A stretch of 64,000 nt of DNA from Okamejei kenojei (lineage: Eukaryota): positions 14,880,001 to 14,944,000 of the forward strand of contig CM069156.1 in NCBI GenBank assembly GCA_035221665.1, given 5' to 3'. The stretch's first letter is position 1; each line of letters starts with the position of its first letter. The position numbers and the translations under genes were made by a program. Below the pieces are notes generated by a model. The model worked only from the letters and a program-made list of their open reading frames with translations, did no database searches and was not told the DNA's origin. Of this stretch, positions 51,669-64,000 are shown in pieces.

Positions 51669-53934
51669 CACCATACCCTTCCATATCTCTGGTTTCCTTT
51701 TCCCCTGACTCTCTTTCTGAAGAATGATCTTGACCAGAAAAGTCACTCGTTCTTTCTCTCCAGAGATGCTGCCTGAGTTACTCCAACATTTTTTGTCTAT
51801 CTACGGTTTAATTGATCTGGCAAGAACCCCCCACACACACACACACATACTGGCAGAGTTCTGATGCCTGTGTCAAGTGGAGTCGAACGCACTAGTCTTA
51901 GTTGTGGTCAGGGTGGAGCTGTCCCTGAACTCCCGCTCGAAATGCTGATCAGTCTCTTTCATACTGTTAGCATCTGTGTAACAGCTGTATTCTGTACAGC
52001 CATCATCCTGCAGGAATGTGCATCTTGACCATTGAATAAGAAGAGAGGGTGGTTTAGCTTCTCAAGCCTGTCCCACCTATACGTCAGGTCAACACATATG
52101 CCTTTTCCCTAATAAATAACATATGACTGCAAATACTGGAAATCTAAAAGTAAAGCAGTACATCATGGAAATTCGCAGCAGGTAAACCAGTGCTTCTAGA
52201 ATTTCCTGTTTTTACCATTTTCCCCACATATGTGTGAAACCTTTGTTTTTCAGAATCTATCCGTCTCGGAATTAAATATAATAATAATCATTTGCTGTTT
52301 GCAAAAGTTAATTTTAACTTGACTTGCCCTCTTCATTTCTTCCAAACACATTCTCGAATGGTCAATATTAATTGGTAGACTGTGTTTTAGGATTGAAACT
52401 TTTCAACCAGGTGTAATTTTATCTGTCGATCAATGCTATCAATTTCCTTTAATGTCTTAAATTTAAATCAAATTTAACTTTCCAGGCAAAACAATCCTAG
52501 TTTTTGCAATATCTTGGTATGATTTAATGGAGTCCATGCAATTTACTAAACCGAAAAAAAAATGGTTTCTGATTTGACAGTCATTTAGAAAGTTGCAGTT
52601 AGTATGCATTGTTCTTGCCTTTCCCTTGAAGATCTGTGATGATAACATCTGTTTCTGTGATCTCAATAGCCATTATTTTATTTGCTTTAATCTTGGTAAA
52701 TTACTGTCCTTTTTTTCTTTATCAGGTTGATCAATACTTTTTATCTATGCTAAATATTGAAGCCAGGTTAATATTCAACTTGATTGAACAATTTTATTTT
52801 GTCATTTACAATTTCACTGTTATCTATTTTAGATAAATCTGCTGTACTCCAGGGAACCCTTTTTCACCTAAAACAGTGAATATGCATTTTCATCATCTCC
52901 ATTTAGCTTTACTATTATTTGTCATTAGCATATCAACACTGTTGATTATGGGCTGTTTCCCAAGAGTAAATTATAGTACCAATGACCCTGATTCAAAGCA
53001 CAGATATTTACTTTCTTGCTTTCCCCCCCCCCCCCTAAACTCTCTCCTCCAGCATGCCCCATTTCACTATGAAACTTTCATACTGCTGCATGGCACCACA
53101 AAGTGCTCTAGAATAACAAAAACATTTATATATTTTGGGTCTGGAAGAGAGGCGCCATAGCACACTTTTGCAACTGAGGCAATTGAAATACTCAAGGAAA
53201 TGTGTGTGCATGTTGCATATCTGGTGTATGTTGCTGAGATGTTGAGGTAGATTATTACATTTCGGAGGGTTATATGATGTGGTGTTTCTTTGAGAAGAAG
53301 TGTGCTGACAATAAAGAAACCACCCCTTAGTAGCTTTTTATTATAATCTTGTTTTGTAGGTTATTTTAAGAATCACTCATCCATTATATTTCTATATTAA
53401 TTCGTATTACAGTTACACTTGTATTTTACAATTTTTTAACAAAGGAAATGCAGAATACAAATCTATGTCTGTTCCCCTTGTTAGGTATTTGACTCCTGAT
53501 AGGGACGTCTGATTGACTTCCTGACTGCACTGCCTCAGGCGCGCAGTTGAAGTTCTTGGGATGCTTACAAGGTCTTTGGTAGCTGTGAAGCATGATGGCA
53601 TGATAGGGTAGAGAATTATAAATTCAAGAGCTCCTGATTTCGACTTGTGTTGTTGAGAAGGTTGCCAAACGCTTGCAGTGCTAATTTCTCTCCCACTTTA
53701 ACTGCTGAGATGTCTGTGCCAACATTGCCAGCATTTCTTGAGATGTGTTATTCTTGCTTAATCTATGTGGTATCCAGAAAGTGGGCTGTGAGATTATATT
53801 GATGGTGACTGCACTCTGTGTTATAGATCATACAACATCTAAACAGGCCCTTTAGCCCACTGTCCATGCCAAGCATAAAGCACCTGTTTACCATAAATCC
53901 TACGCCATTCCCAGTTTTGTTCTCCCCACGTTTT

Positions 53935-54820
53935 CTTTTTTTATTTCCGAAAATAAACTTTAGTTAGAATAAAAAATATATACAAAACAAGAACTATGTA
54001 AAAATTCTTCTGACATTCTCAACCTCTATACATATGTTAATTTGCATTGTATTTGGTAGTGTTCACAGAACTATTATTGCACTGGGCACCATGGGGTGAT
54101 ATCCCGTCCCACGTTTGAGGGGTGTTTCCACCACACCCTGCCCTCCAATGTGCAGTAGTGAAAGGATCCCATACTGTGGCTTTCCCCCCCAGAGCCGTGG
54201 CGTTGACTGCACCAACGTTTAGTGCATCCCTCAGCATATACTCCTGCAGTCTCCTGATAGGGATGTCAGTCGGCACCATTCCCTGTCGGACATCTCACTC
54301 TGCTGGGAGATCAACAAGTTTTGGGCAGACCAAAGAGCACCTTTCACAGAGTTGATGACCTTTCAGCAGCCCTTGATATCCATCTATGAAGGTGGCTCTG
54401 GGAACAGTCCTTAATTTAGACTGTTACGGAGCTTTTCGGAGTAAACCATGACAATGACCCTTGCATTTTTCTCCAGACTCTCTTTACAAATCTACACTAT
54501 GCGGAGAGGTGGGCAACCGTCTCCTCTCCGTAGCAGCCATCCCGAGGGCAGCTTGTGATGGTAGTGACATTCCAACAGCACAAGAAGTATCTGACTTGAA
54601 AGGCCCTATTCACCGCCAGCCAAGCGAGGTCTTGCTGCTTGTTGGTGAGTTCTGGTGATGAGACATTTTGCCAGACAGACTGGGCAGTCTGCTCAGGCAA
54701 CCATGCCACAGGATCCATCGTCCTTTTCCTGCAGTGTCTGCAGAATGTTCTGTGCTGACCACTGCCTGATAGACTATTTTCAACAATTTCTTTGGGGATC
54801 TATTATCAACATGCTCGAAA
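53935..54820 (-). mobile_element. Tx1-like (L1 clade) LINE 3' fragment
   Basis: WQNVSSPELTNKQQDLAWLAV...CPRDGCYGEETVAHL zinc-knuckle region; LQEYMLRDAL; A-rich tail. Confidence 0.8.
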
Positions 54821-55459
54821 AAGTTTGCAGTCATCAATTAAGCTACCAATCTGCATGTCCTTTGGGACGTGGAAGGAAACTGGAGCACCTAAGGGATATT
54901 CAAATATGTTTTTTTTCAAATCTTATAGTGATTTTGAATTTTGGGTGGATTATTTTGTATGGTAGACTTGCAGTGCATGTGGGATTGACCGAGCTTGGGT
55001 ACAAATATTTATTTTTCTTTGTATCAGATTGATCATGTTTGATTTTGCAAATAGTAAGTTGGTATAACAGCTTTTTCAATTGTGTTATGTTTGTATTTGG
55101 CCCCTTGGTAAAGCAACAGTGTCTAACTACTGTGAATAAGTAATGAACTGAGGTTTACAGGAGCCAGAAATTTACAAGCACTGCTAATTGCTGATCTTCC
55201 TTCGGTCACTGATTGATATCAGTAACAAATGGCTGGGGATTAAAAAAAAAGTTTTACATAGCCATTTAATGTTTTTAATTACATGTGGCAAATTCTATCA
55301 TTTTGTTTTGGAAAGTTATCTTGGGAACTCTGATTTCTTGATGTTATTTTGTTTTTATTGTTGCCTAGATTGGCTTTTTTGCCAATTTGGATTTTTTTCT
55401 ATGTGGTTTGGAACTTATTGAAATCCAGCATGTATATAAATTGATCACATATACTATAA

Positions 55460-55600
<141 letters not shown>

Positions 55601-55619
55601 TAATTGTTGTAAAAATTGA

Positions 55620-56140
55620 AATATCAAGAGTGTTTTATTGTCATATGTCCAGGAACATAATAATAACATTCTTACTTGTAGCAGCACAACATATGTAAGC
55701 ATTGTACTCTGTAAATATCATAATAAACATCAAAAACATTCAGTATGTAAAAACACAAACAATAATAGTGCAAAGATAAGAACAATGTCTCCAATGTCTC
55801 TATGTGGTTGGGAGCTTAGTTGGAGATTGTCGTGTTTAATAGCCTGATGGTTGTTGGGAAGAAGCCACTCCTGAACCTGAACGTACAGTTTTCTGGCCCC
55901 TATACTTTATTCCCAATGGCCGGAGTGAAATGAGAGCGTGGTCAGGGTAGTGTGGGTCTCTGATGATGAGACGTGTGTCTTTTTGAGACAGCGACTCCTG
56001 TCGATCCCTTCAATGGTGGGGAACTCAATACCTGTGATGGACTGAGCAGCCAGTGTTCACTATTTTTTGCAATTCTTCGGTCCTGGGCGTTTGAGTTGTT
56101 GAACTAGACCGTGATCCAACCAGTCAATATGCTCTCTGTA
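55620..56140 (-). mobile_element. Rex1/Babar LINE 3' fragment
   Basis: Reverse strand ESILTGWITV...AQDRR...IIRDPHYPDHALISL, the Rex1 ORF C-terminal pattern. Confidence 0.75.
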
Positions 56141-57689
56141 TTAAGGCCATGTAATAAACTGGTTTGGACATATCAATTCATTTCCTGTTGGGTTAATTCC
56201 ACAACACTATTCCTCATACTTTTCTAAAAGTGCCTTGGGGCATTCTTCAGTAAAATCATTGGAAACTTGGCATGAGAGTATCTCTGCTCTCTCTCCTTTT
56301 TATTCAATTTCCTTGTCCTCTTGGCCTTAGTAACTGATCAAAGTCTGATATATTTGCTCTACAGGAATTGAGAAACACTTATCACTATCCTTGACTCCTA
56401 TTTTTCCATTTCTTTTTTCAAAAGGATGTCCGAGCTCCCCGAATGACTCAGTTGGTAAGTGCAATGGTTAATGTTCATCAGTGTTGTAAATTTGTCTGTA
56501 CTGTTTGAATTGATATCAGCTTAGATTGCTTAATAGAGTATCTTTGTATGTGTCAATAGAAGCGATCACTTGCCAATTTGAATGGGCACCTGCTGTTAAA
56601 GTAGCAGCTGTGTTCTTGAGGAACAGTGATGTCTGATTACTGTATGGAGGCTACATAGAATTCCCAAGAGCGCTTTTTTCCATCTCAGTTTCCAAAGTAA
56701 CTTTTAAGTAGATCTCTACTTCCTGCGATATAACCAAGAAGCCCAAGTAATACAAATTGTGTTCCCTAATTAATTGAATCAAATTTCACTTTGTGGAAAT
56801 GGGCTGTATTCACTTGATGTTTAGATTATTTCTTTTATTTGCTTCATTAATTAGATTAAACATAAATACTGATAAGAAACAACACTAAATCAGCGATCAC
56901 CCCTTTGTCAGCTGTGGATCCTTCAAATCTCTTCGATACTTGTCTTCCACGGCAAGTTCCACTTGTTTAATTCGGCCACTGGTGATTGTGTCTTCCACCA
57001 TCCATATCTTGAGATCCTTGAATTCCTTCTCAGGTTCTTGTCTTTTAAAAAGATTTTACAACCATATTTTAGAAACATGTCCTGGTTTTATATCTCTGTT
57101 GAACCTGAAACAGTTATTGCTTACAAAGTTTTTATTGTGTGATTTGGAAGGTTTTTTTTCTGTATAAAGCCCATATGTATGTAAACTAGAGGAGAAAGTG
57201 GTTGTAATTGCTTGAATTTCTTACAAGCTTTTATTGGGAAGGAATTCTAAAAATTAATCTCAACTGCTCCTTTTGTTGAGCTAGTCCAGACACCATTTTT
57301 TGTGCAACTTTCTCTGTCTGTATTGCATTTCAACTGAAACAGAATTGTATTCTCATCTCAAAATTCATTCATATGTGAAGTTAGTTGATAGCACATTAGC
57401 AAACTATTCTGGGAACTGATGGTATGTAAAGCTTTGGCGCAGTGGGATAGTGGGTGAGGTAGTGCATCAAGGCAACGTAAGTATTTGAGTTGGAATCATT
57501 TTTATCAATCTTCAAAGCACCTTCTTTTCACTGAATGCAGTTTAAAAAGACCAAAAATAATTTGTTGCCAGCCTTCTTGGTGAAATGATTGTGATGGGTT
57601 TCAATGGGGGGGGGGGAAATATGAGAGGAATAATAAAGTGCTTTGCTCGTGTTTCTTTTTCCTTGTTGCATCCTTTCCGTTTCATTTAG

Positions 57690-57804
57690 GAGAAATCAAA
57701 ATCAAAGAGCAATCTTGAATCAAAAGGGACAAAGGGAGATAAAGGCTTCCCATTGCAGCCTGTATCTGACAACAGTTCCTCTCCTATTCTTCTGGAGCTA
57801 AATG
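57690..57804 (+). CDS. BCL7B: BCL7B exon 3
   Basis: Acceptor ttcatttag; EKSKSKSNLESKGTKGDKGFPLQPVSDNSSSPILLELN; donor g|gtgagt; 115 bp keeps the frame. Confidence 0.88.
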
Positions 57805-58067
57805 GTGAGTGCATTTCAAACTTTTTTTTATGGTGCTCTAAGGATTATATGGAGGTAATTTGCTCTACTTGAGGAATGCTAATATTTGAGAAATTGGATT
57901 TGTTGTCAGTTGAAGTAAAAAGATTTTTTTTAAATAATAATTTGTGCAAAATCATTTTTGAACAGCTTTGTATTGACTTGTGTAGTGTGATGCTAGAGCT
58001 AGTATAGATATTGGGTATCTTCCCCTGAAAGAAACTATTACACCAGTTAAGAATGTTCATGCTAGTT

Positions 58068-58068
<1 letters not shown>

Positions 58069-58108
<40 letters not shown>
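58069..58108. repeat. 40-nt poly(C) tract in BCL7B intron 3
   Basis: Seen directly; further C-runs at ~51532-51555 and ~51621-51652. Confidence 0.9.
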
Positions 58109-58111
<3 letters not shown>

Positions 58112-58300
58112 CATATAGTAGCTCAAAAATGTATATTGTTAGATGTCCTTTCTTGTCATATGAGATTTGAGCTTTTAATCAGTTTGGGTGCTAATGCCAA
58201 TTGGTGAAGAATTGTGAAACCGTGTAACCTGTGAAATTATTTCACGTGCTTGCTACATTGGGGCATTGCCATGTTGTTCTTCCTACATATATAGTAGCTG

Positions 58301-58462
58301 CAAAATGCTGGAGTAACTCAACAGGATAGGCAGCATCTCTGAGGAGAAGGAATAGGTGACGTTTTCGGTTGAGACCCTTCTTCAGCCTGTCCCGCTGAGA
58401 TACTCCAGCATTATGTGTCTACCCTCAATTTAAATCCAACATCTGCAGTTCTTTCATACACA
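58301..58462. mobile_element. PLE-derived foldback element
   Basis: Inverted arms; TSD tatatagt(a/g)gct(g/a) at 58288-58300 and 58463-58475. Confidence 0.75.
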
Positions 58463-59518
58463 TATATAGTGGCTACAGTGTTACAGGCCTTGTTAAATAT
58501 GGCAGAATGCAATACACAGGATGCTCTGGTCTCAGATACTTGAACTTCTTGAGAGTCCACTCTCTTGGAAAGCAAGGCCATGCCATTGCAGTGAAAGATC
58601 CAAGCATGAATAACTCTTGCATTGGTAGCATTTATGCCGCCAATCTGTTTATGGATCAACGTGATAGAGAAGCTTGGATTTACTAGACGATTTGAATAAA
58701 TAACCAGAAATGTAGGATGAGTGTCTCTGAACCGGCTGGTGCAATGACCTTTGTTATTAATTTCTAATTAAATTCTCTGTTTTTGCAACATTTTGGGACT
58801 CAGTAAATCAGCGGAATGACACTGACCTTGGATTGAACCAAAAGGTTTTTTTGTGCCTAACTAGATAGTATGTGACGTCAAGGCAAACTGCTGTATTTGG
58901 TCATGTAGAAGAAACTTTCTTGAGTGCTACAACAGACCAGATTCATCTGCACCATCCTCATTTCCATGACCACCCCCTCCCAATTAGGAAAAAATTAACT
59001 TTGAGTGTCAAATAATGTTGTCAACGTCACATTAACTACTGGGCTGCTTACACAGACGATCCATGTTTACGAATGTATCTCTAAATTTTAGTGGGGGAGA
59101 TGAGGCTTCTCCCTTGGTACCATTCGATAAGAACAGAATTCAACAGAGCAAGGCAGGTGCTATTCAACAGAGCAGGGCAGGGTTTTCCCAGTGTCCTGGG
59201 ATTTCTGTTTTCGGGCTATTGAAGGATATAGCTTGATTGAGAGAAAATAGAATTTGTGTCCCCTCTTAAACCCTACAAAGTTAAATTGTTGGTATTTGTT
59301 GTCTAAATCTGTGCTGAATGGTCATTGAAATCAGTAGAGCAGCTTGGGCCCATATCCAAGCAGATGTTAGTGCTCCATGGAGTAGGGTGAGAAACTAGAG
59401 AATGATATTGAAGTATTTGTTGTTGAAGCTAATCGGGAAACATTGTACTGTTGGATTGTTTTACTGCCTATGATCATTTCCATTTGATTTTAAATGTCTT
59501 TCCTTCCTAATTTTTCAG

Positions 59519-59689
59519 ATGAGACTAGTAATCAGAGTTCCCTGTCGGATGCTTACCAGGTAAAAGTGGACAGCAGTACAAACTCGAGCCCAAGCCCAGA
59601 GCAAAGTGAGCCTGTCAGCCCAACACTTCTGTCTGATTTTAAAGCAGATGACTCTCAGCCTCCCATGCTTGGGCAGGAAATAATGGAAG
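59519..59689 (+). CDS. BCL7B: BCL7B exon 4
   Basis: Acceptor tttttcag; (D)ETSNQSSLSDAYQVKVDSSTNSSPSPEQSEPVSP...DDSQPPMLGQEIME; donor g|gtatga. Confidence 0.95.
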
Positions 59690-60780
59690 GTATGAAGAGC
59701 ATTAGGAACTATTGTTCTTGTTCATTATAATAAGGATGAACTATCAAACTATTAATTGGGGCATTTAGAATGATGAGACACTTTAGAAAAGTTGTTTGAG
59801 AGTACTAAATTGTGAAGTGCATATATTTGGATAATCCTCTGTTCTAGTACCCTTGGGTGCAAATAGAGCATAAAGTTCTCCTGGTGTTCTGATCAATATT
59901 GTTCTCTCATCTGACAAAGGAGTAAATGAGATGTTACTGTTCTTCGTGGCATCTTCCTGTGTGAAAAGTGGCTGCCACGGTTGACTGATGACTATTTTGC
60001 CTAATCAATTGTGTGATGTAGTGCAACCACAAACTGTTGATCTTGTTGTGGAAGTACTGGGTTAGATACTAATAAGATGTATGAACAAGAATGGGGCTCA
60101 GTGCAGGTTTAAAAGTACCTTGCCAGAAACAAATGTGTGGGTCACTTATCTCCAGTTAAGTGACCATTTAATCCTGAAAACCATGTAGCTCAGATGAGTA
60201 TATTTTATCTTTATAAAATGTCTGGATCAATCGTTAGCTCAAAAATGAAATGAATCCCATTGAGAGTAACACTAGGAATTGTACTTCCTACCTGTGTATG
60301 AACAAAGAAATACAACATTGTGGAGCTCAGTCTTGATTATTCTCGGCAGACATCACAAAGGAAGCAGTGAATTGGTCTGGCCAAATACACAAGTTATGAC
60401 ATGTCCCTGATTCCTCTGCACAGAGCTGAGATGCACATGGTTTTGGATTGTGCATTCTGCAGACAGATTTTGAGCAAATTGTGGAATGTGCATTTTGCAT
60501 GCAAAAGTAGAACTCATTGGAATTGGCATCCTCTGTCAAAACAAGGATACAGTAATTCTCCAGGCAAGCATAGTTTTTATTTATTTAAATGTTTTCAATT
60601 TATTGATGAAATATTTGTAAAAAAGCTACTTTTAAGGCAATTTGCAGTTCTAATTTTGTGTTATTTTTGCTCGAGTTGCACTGTTCCCTTGCTCCTGTTA
60701 ATGGCTTTACTATTTTATTTTTATGCAGCAAGTGGACAGTGTGGTTAAAACAGTTATAATTTCTTAATTCTCTCTCACAG

Positions 60781-60860
60781 AACCTTCCCTTCCTTCCTCA
60801 GAAGTAGGAGATGATCCCCCAATGCTCACAAAAGAAGAACTGGTTCCATTGCAGCCTCAG
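60781..60860 (+). CDS. BCL7B: BCL7B exon 5
   Basis: Acceptor tctctcacag; (E)PSLPSSEVGDDPPMLTKEELVPLQPQ; donor cag|gtaagc. Confidence 0.93.
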
Positions 60861-61212
60861 GTAAGCTAAGAATACACTGTGTGCATTGGTACACGTGTAG
60901 GGAAGGTTCAGTTTGATGCAATTAAAGTGAATATTCATTTGCATTGAATATCTTTAATTTTGCAGAAAGGCTAAATAATAGTTATGTTTATAATACAAAG
61001 TTATTTATATCATACAGCTGAAGATGAGGTTCATCTTCAGGAACTTCCGGATTATGAAAAGGCAGTACACCCGAGGCTGTTTATGGAGGAAGTGTTATTT
61101 CCATTTGTGTTTTGATCTGAATTATGATTTTTCTATCATATAATTGTAATGTATATAGGATTTCCAAACCCTTATTGAGTTTTTTTCCTTCAACTTCTAT
61201 TTTTGGCAATAG

Positions 61213-61311
61213 GTTGTGGAAGAGGAGGATGATGAATATTCTGGTGCACCACCACTGAAGAGGGTTTGCACAGGACAGAATGCTGTGACTCAGCCGGTAA
61301 CTGAGAGCTAA
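61213..61311 (+). CDS. BCL7B: BCL7B exon 6 (last coding exon)
   Basis: Acceptor caatag; VVEEEDDEYSGAPPLKRVCTGQNAVTQPVTES*; GAPPLKR motif. Total CDS 633 nt (210 aa). Followed by a long AT-rich, repeat-poor stretch that is probably 3'UTR. Confidence 0.92.
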   Translation, partial: VVEEEDDEYSGAPPLKRVCTGQNAVTQPVTES

Positions 61312-64000
61312 CGCAGAATCAAAGCAGGCTTTCCCATGGTACCCTCTGACTTACCATCACTGACTGACTTAAAAGAATGTGATATTTATTTTGTACTTTT
61401 AATGAATTGTGATGCATCTGATTTGGGTGTTTGAATTTAAAATGTTTCTGTATTGCAGGATGATGTCCCTTTTGTTATGCAACAGGAATGGCTGTGGTCT
61501 GTGGCTCCATTGGGCCTTCCTAGTTGAAGACACTTTTATATTGATAGTGTCAAAAGTAGCACTAATCTAAAGGAAGTGTCCTGCTCACCTCTTAACTGGG
61601 TCTAGCACCGGCCTTTTTCTGGGTCAAGAGTACCCATTGGAAGAAATAATGGGCCTCTGTATTGACCCTCAACAGGGACTCACTGCAAAGTGATACAGTA
61701 CAAAAAGATGGATTGAAGATCCCAGTCTCTGCTCTTCTGGAGTCTCAGCATCAATATGAAAGTGCCTTGACACTGAAGTGCCTCTATATCTTCACCCAAT
61801 GTTTAAGTGAGCTGACTGAAGAGGGATTTGTGTGCTGTCAATTCTTGATTTTATACAAAAATATGCAGTCTTCATCCTTGTTTTATCCATGATATAAAGT
61901 TAGACTCTCATCTGTATTCAATGAAGTAAAATTGAGTGCAATTTCTAAAACAAAAGGGTATTGAAATTGTATATAAACTTTTTTGAAAATGTATATTTCT
62001 CATGATTTTACTGAATTTGCTTACGATGCAAAAAGCATTAGATCAAGCTGATATGGGTACCTTTTGATGTATTAGTTTCCATGACATTGAATCAATTTTA
62101 AGTACCATTAACCCAGACTTGCATTTTTCTTTGGGGAGAGGCTACAGATGATTTTAGAAATTTATTTTCTTGAAAAGAGAAATTGATCTCCTATATGAAC
62201 GGGTCAATGTTTATGTTGCTACATATGCTGTGGTGCATGAGATAATGTATGGCATGCTAACGAGAGTTATAACTTTTGCATATGGATCGCTCATGTGGAT
62301 TAGTATGGCAATTCATTCACTGCATATTTGACCAGCTGTTAGTACTGATTTGCCTACGCTTGCACCGCCAAGGTTGACTCAGTAAGGTTGCTACATTAAA
62401 GAAGGATCAGAATCTTTAATCACCCACCAACCTTTCCTATCAATTCTGATCACATCCTTCAAATCAATTTGTCAGCTGTCATTTGCAGCTGATTTTTAAA
62501 ACAAACTGGTTCCTGATTGAAACAAAATTAGATTGAATCCTTGTTAGGTTTTATAGCAGGCAATACTGCTGCATTAACAAGTTTAGAAAAAAACATGAAC
62601 AAACTAGTGGATATGTGGAGATTTCGGAGACATAGCCATGGTTCCAGTATATTCTACTGGTAAGCATATCACAGCATTTTGTATTTTTATTTTGAAGATG
62701 TCACTATTTACCATCATTAGTTATTAGTTGGGTTGTTGCCAATACACAAGTATTTTGCAGAAACACGTTAGGCTTACTATGTAGAATGATAACTTCCGTG
62801 TATGTACCAGAGGAATATTTGCATCCATGATCTATCCTTGACCCCTCCAGAGTCAGTGTCTGATATTGAAAACGTTGGCAAAATAAAACTTATATGGTTT
62901 TCCCTCTATGTTTTTTCTATACCGCTTATTGATTCTTTTAACATCAGAGTGCGAGAATTATTTTCCATAAAAACAAAATTGGCTAACAATATTTAATAGT
63001 TCGGGCATCATCTGTGAGATACTAAAAGATACATTTTGGATTAGTGTCCATCCTGATGAATGCCAATTTTATACCATTATTATGATTCATAGCTGGCCAT
63101 CTTCCTAATGGAGGCAGCTTCTTTGCATGGTGCTCTTGCCAAAACTTTGCTCTTTTCTGTCCTTGGCAAATTACATTAAAATAAATATCCTCATGGGAAT
63201 TTCCCTGGTAAACGTGCACCTAAACCTTGACGTGGTACATGCCGTTCACACAGTTAGCAGTGTTTGGTTGTTTATTTTTATTCTGGAATGCTGTTGTACT
63301 CATTTTTAATTATTTGTTTTGCATCAACTTTCAGTCAACCCATTTGCAAACATCCTTGCAACGTTCCAACTTGGATATGATTTATCATCTCGAGAAAAGT
63401 GAATTATTTCCATTTCTGCTGCTAAATTAAACATTGAGTGAGATTATCATTTTATTTTTGGTTAGTCATTGAAAGTTTAAGTAACTCCCTAAGTATCCAG
63501 ACGTCCATCTATTTTATCCTTTATATTGCTTTAGTATCTGCTGTATTTTACTTCACAGTTGCTTCGCTTTGGGTGATAAAGTTTCACCTGCCTTTGCATC
63601 TTATTCCTAACTTCCCTATTTAAAAAAGAAACTTTATGTCCTCTATTTGTAGTGTGCTTGATTGGTTCCTTTTACATTCTTATCTTTTATAAAGTATTAA
63701 ATATTGTGTGTGAAATGAAAAATATGGATCTTTTAATGTTTTTTTCGTGATTGTCCCATTGGAATCTCAATATTACTTGCTGCTCTAAGTAGCATATCTT
63801 TTAACCAATAGGTCATCTTTCAGAATCTATGAAGATGAAAGATTTCCTAATTACAATATAGACACATTTTTCATGGAAGTGAAGACAGGACAATGTGAAA
63901 AATGTTCATATTTTGTATTTGCTGATAAATGCATAGATATATTTTTGAATACAATGATAAAATAGACGAATCAATTTGTATGTTGAGTATTTTTCTTTAG

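Overview
Vertebrate genomic DNA, very likely a cartilaginous fish (skate/ray-like), inferred from the HE1-type V-SINEs and CR1 LINE tails. It is part of the segment orthologous to the human Williams-Beuren region. Three protein-coding genes are supported: the last two coding exons of VPS37D (+, 10145-10227 and 21753-22256), intronless DNAJC30 (-, 45052-46125) and the complete six-exon BCL7B (+, 49322-61311, 210 aa). The rest is transposon-rich, with CR1, L1/Tx1, RTE and Rex1/Babar LINE fragments, SINEs, Harbinger- and hAT-type MITEs and one 218-N gap. The most striking structure is a dense family of Penelope-like (GIY-YIG) retroelement derivatives. They carry minimal hammerhead ribozyme cores and share one insertion architecture: ~11-16 bp TSD, one complete end with a ~30-38 nt tail, and an inverted arm starting at the tail boundary. 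Also notable is an in-frame uORF in the DNAJC30 leader whose AUG lies in a perfect 14-bp inverted repeat. Repeat boundaries were read by eye and are approximate.
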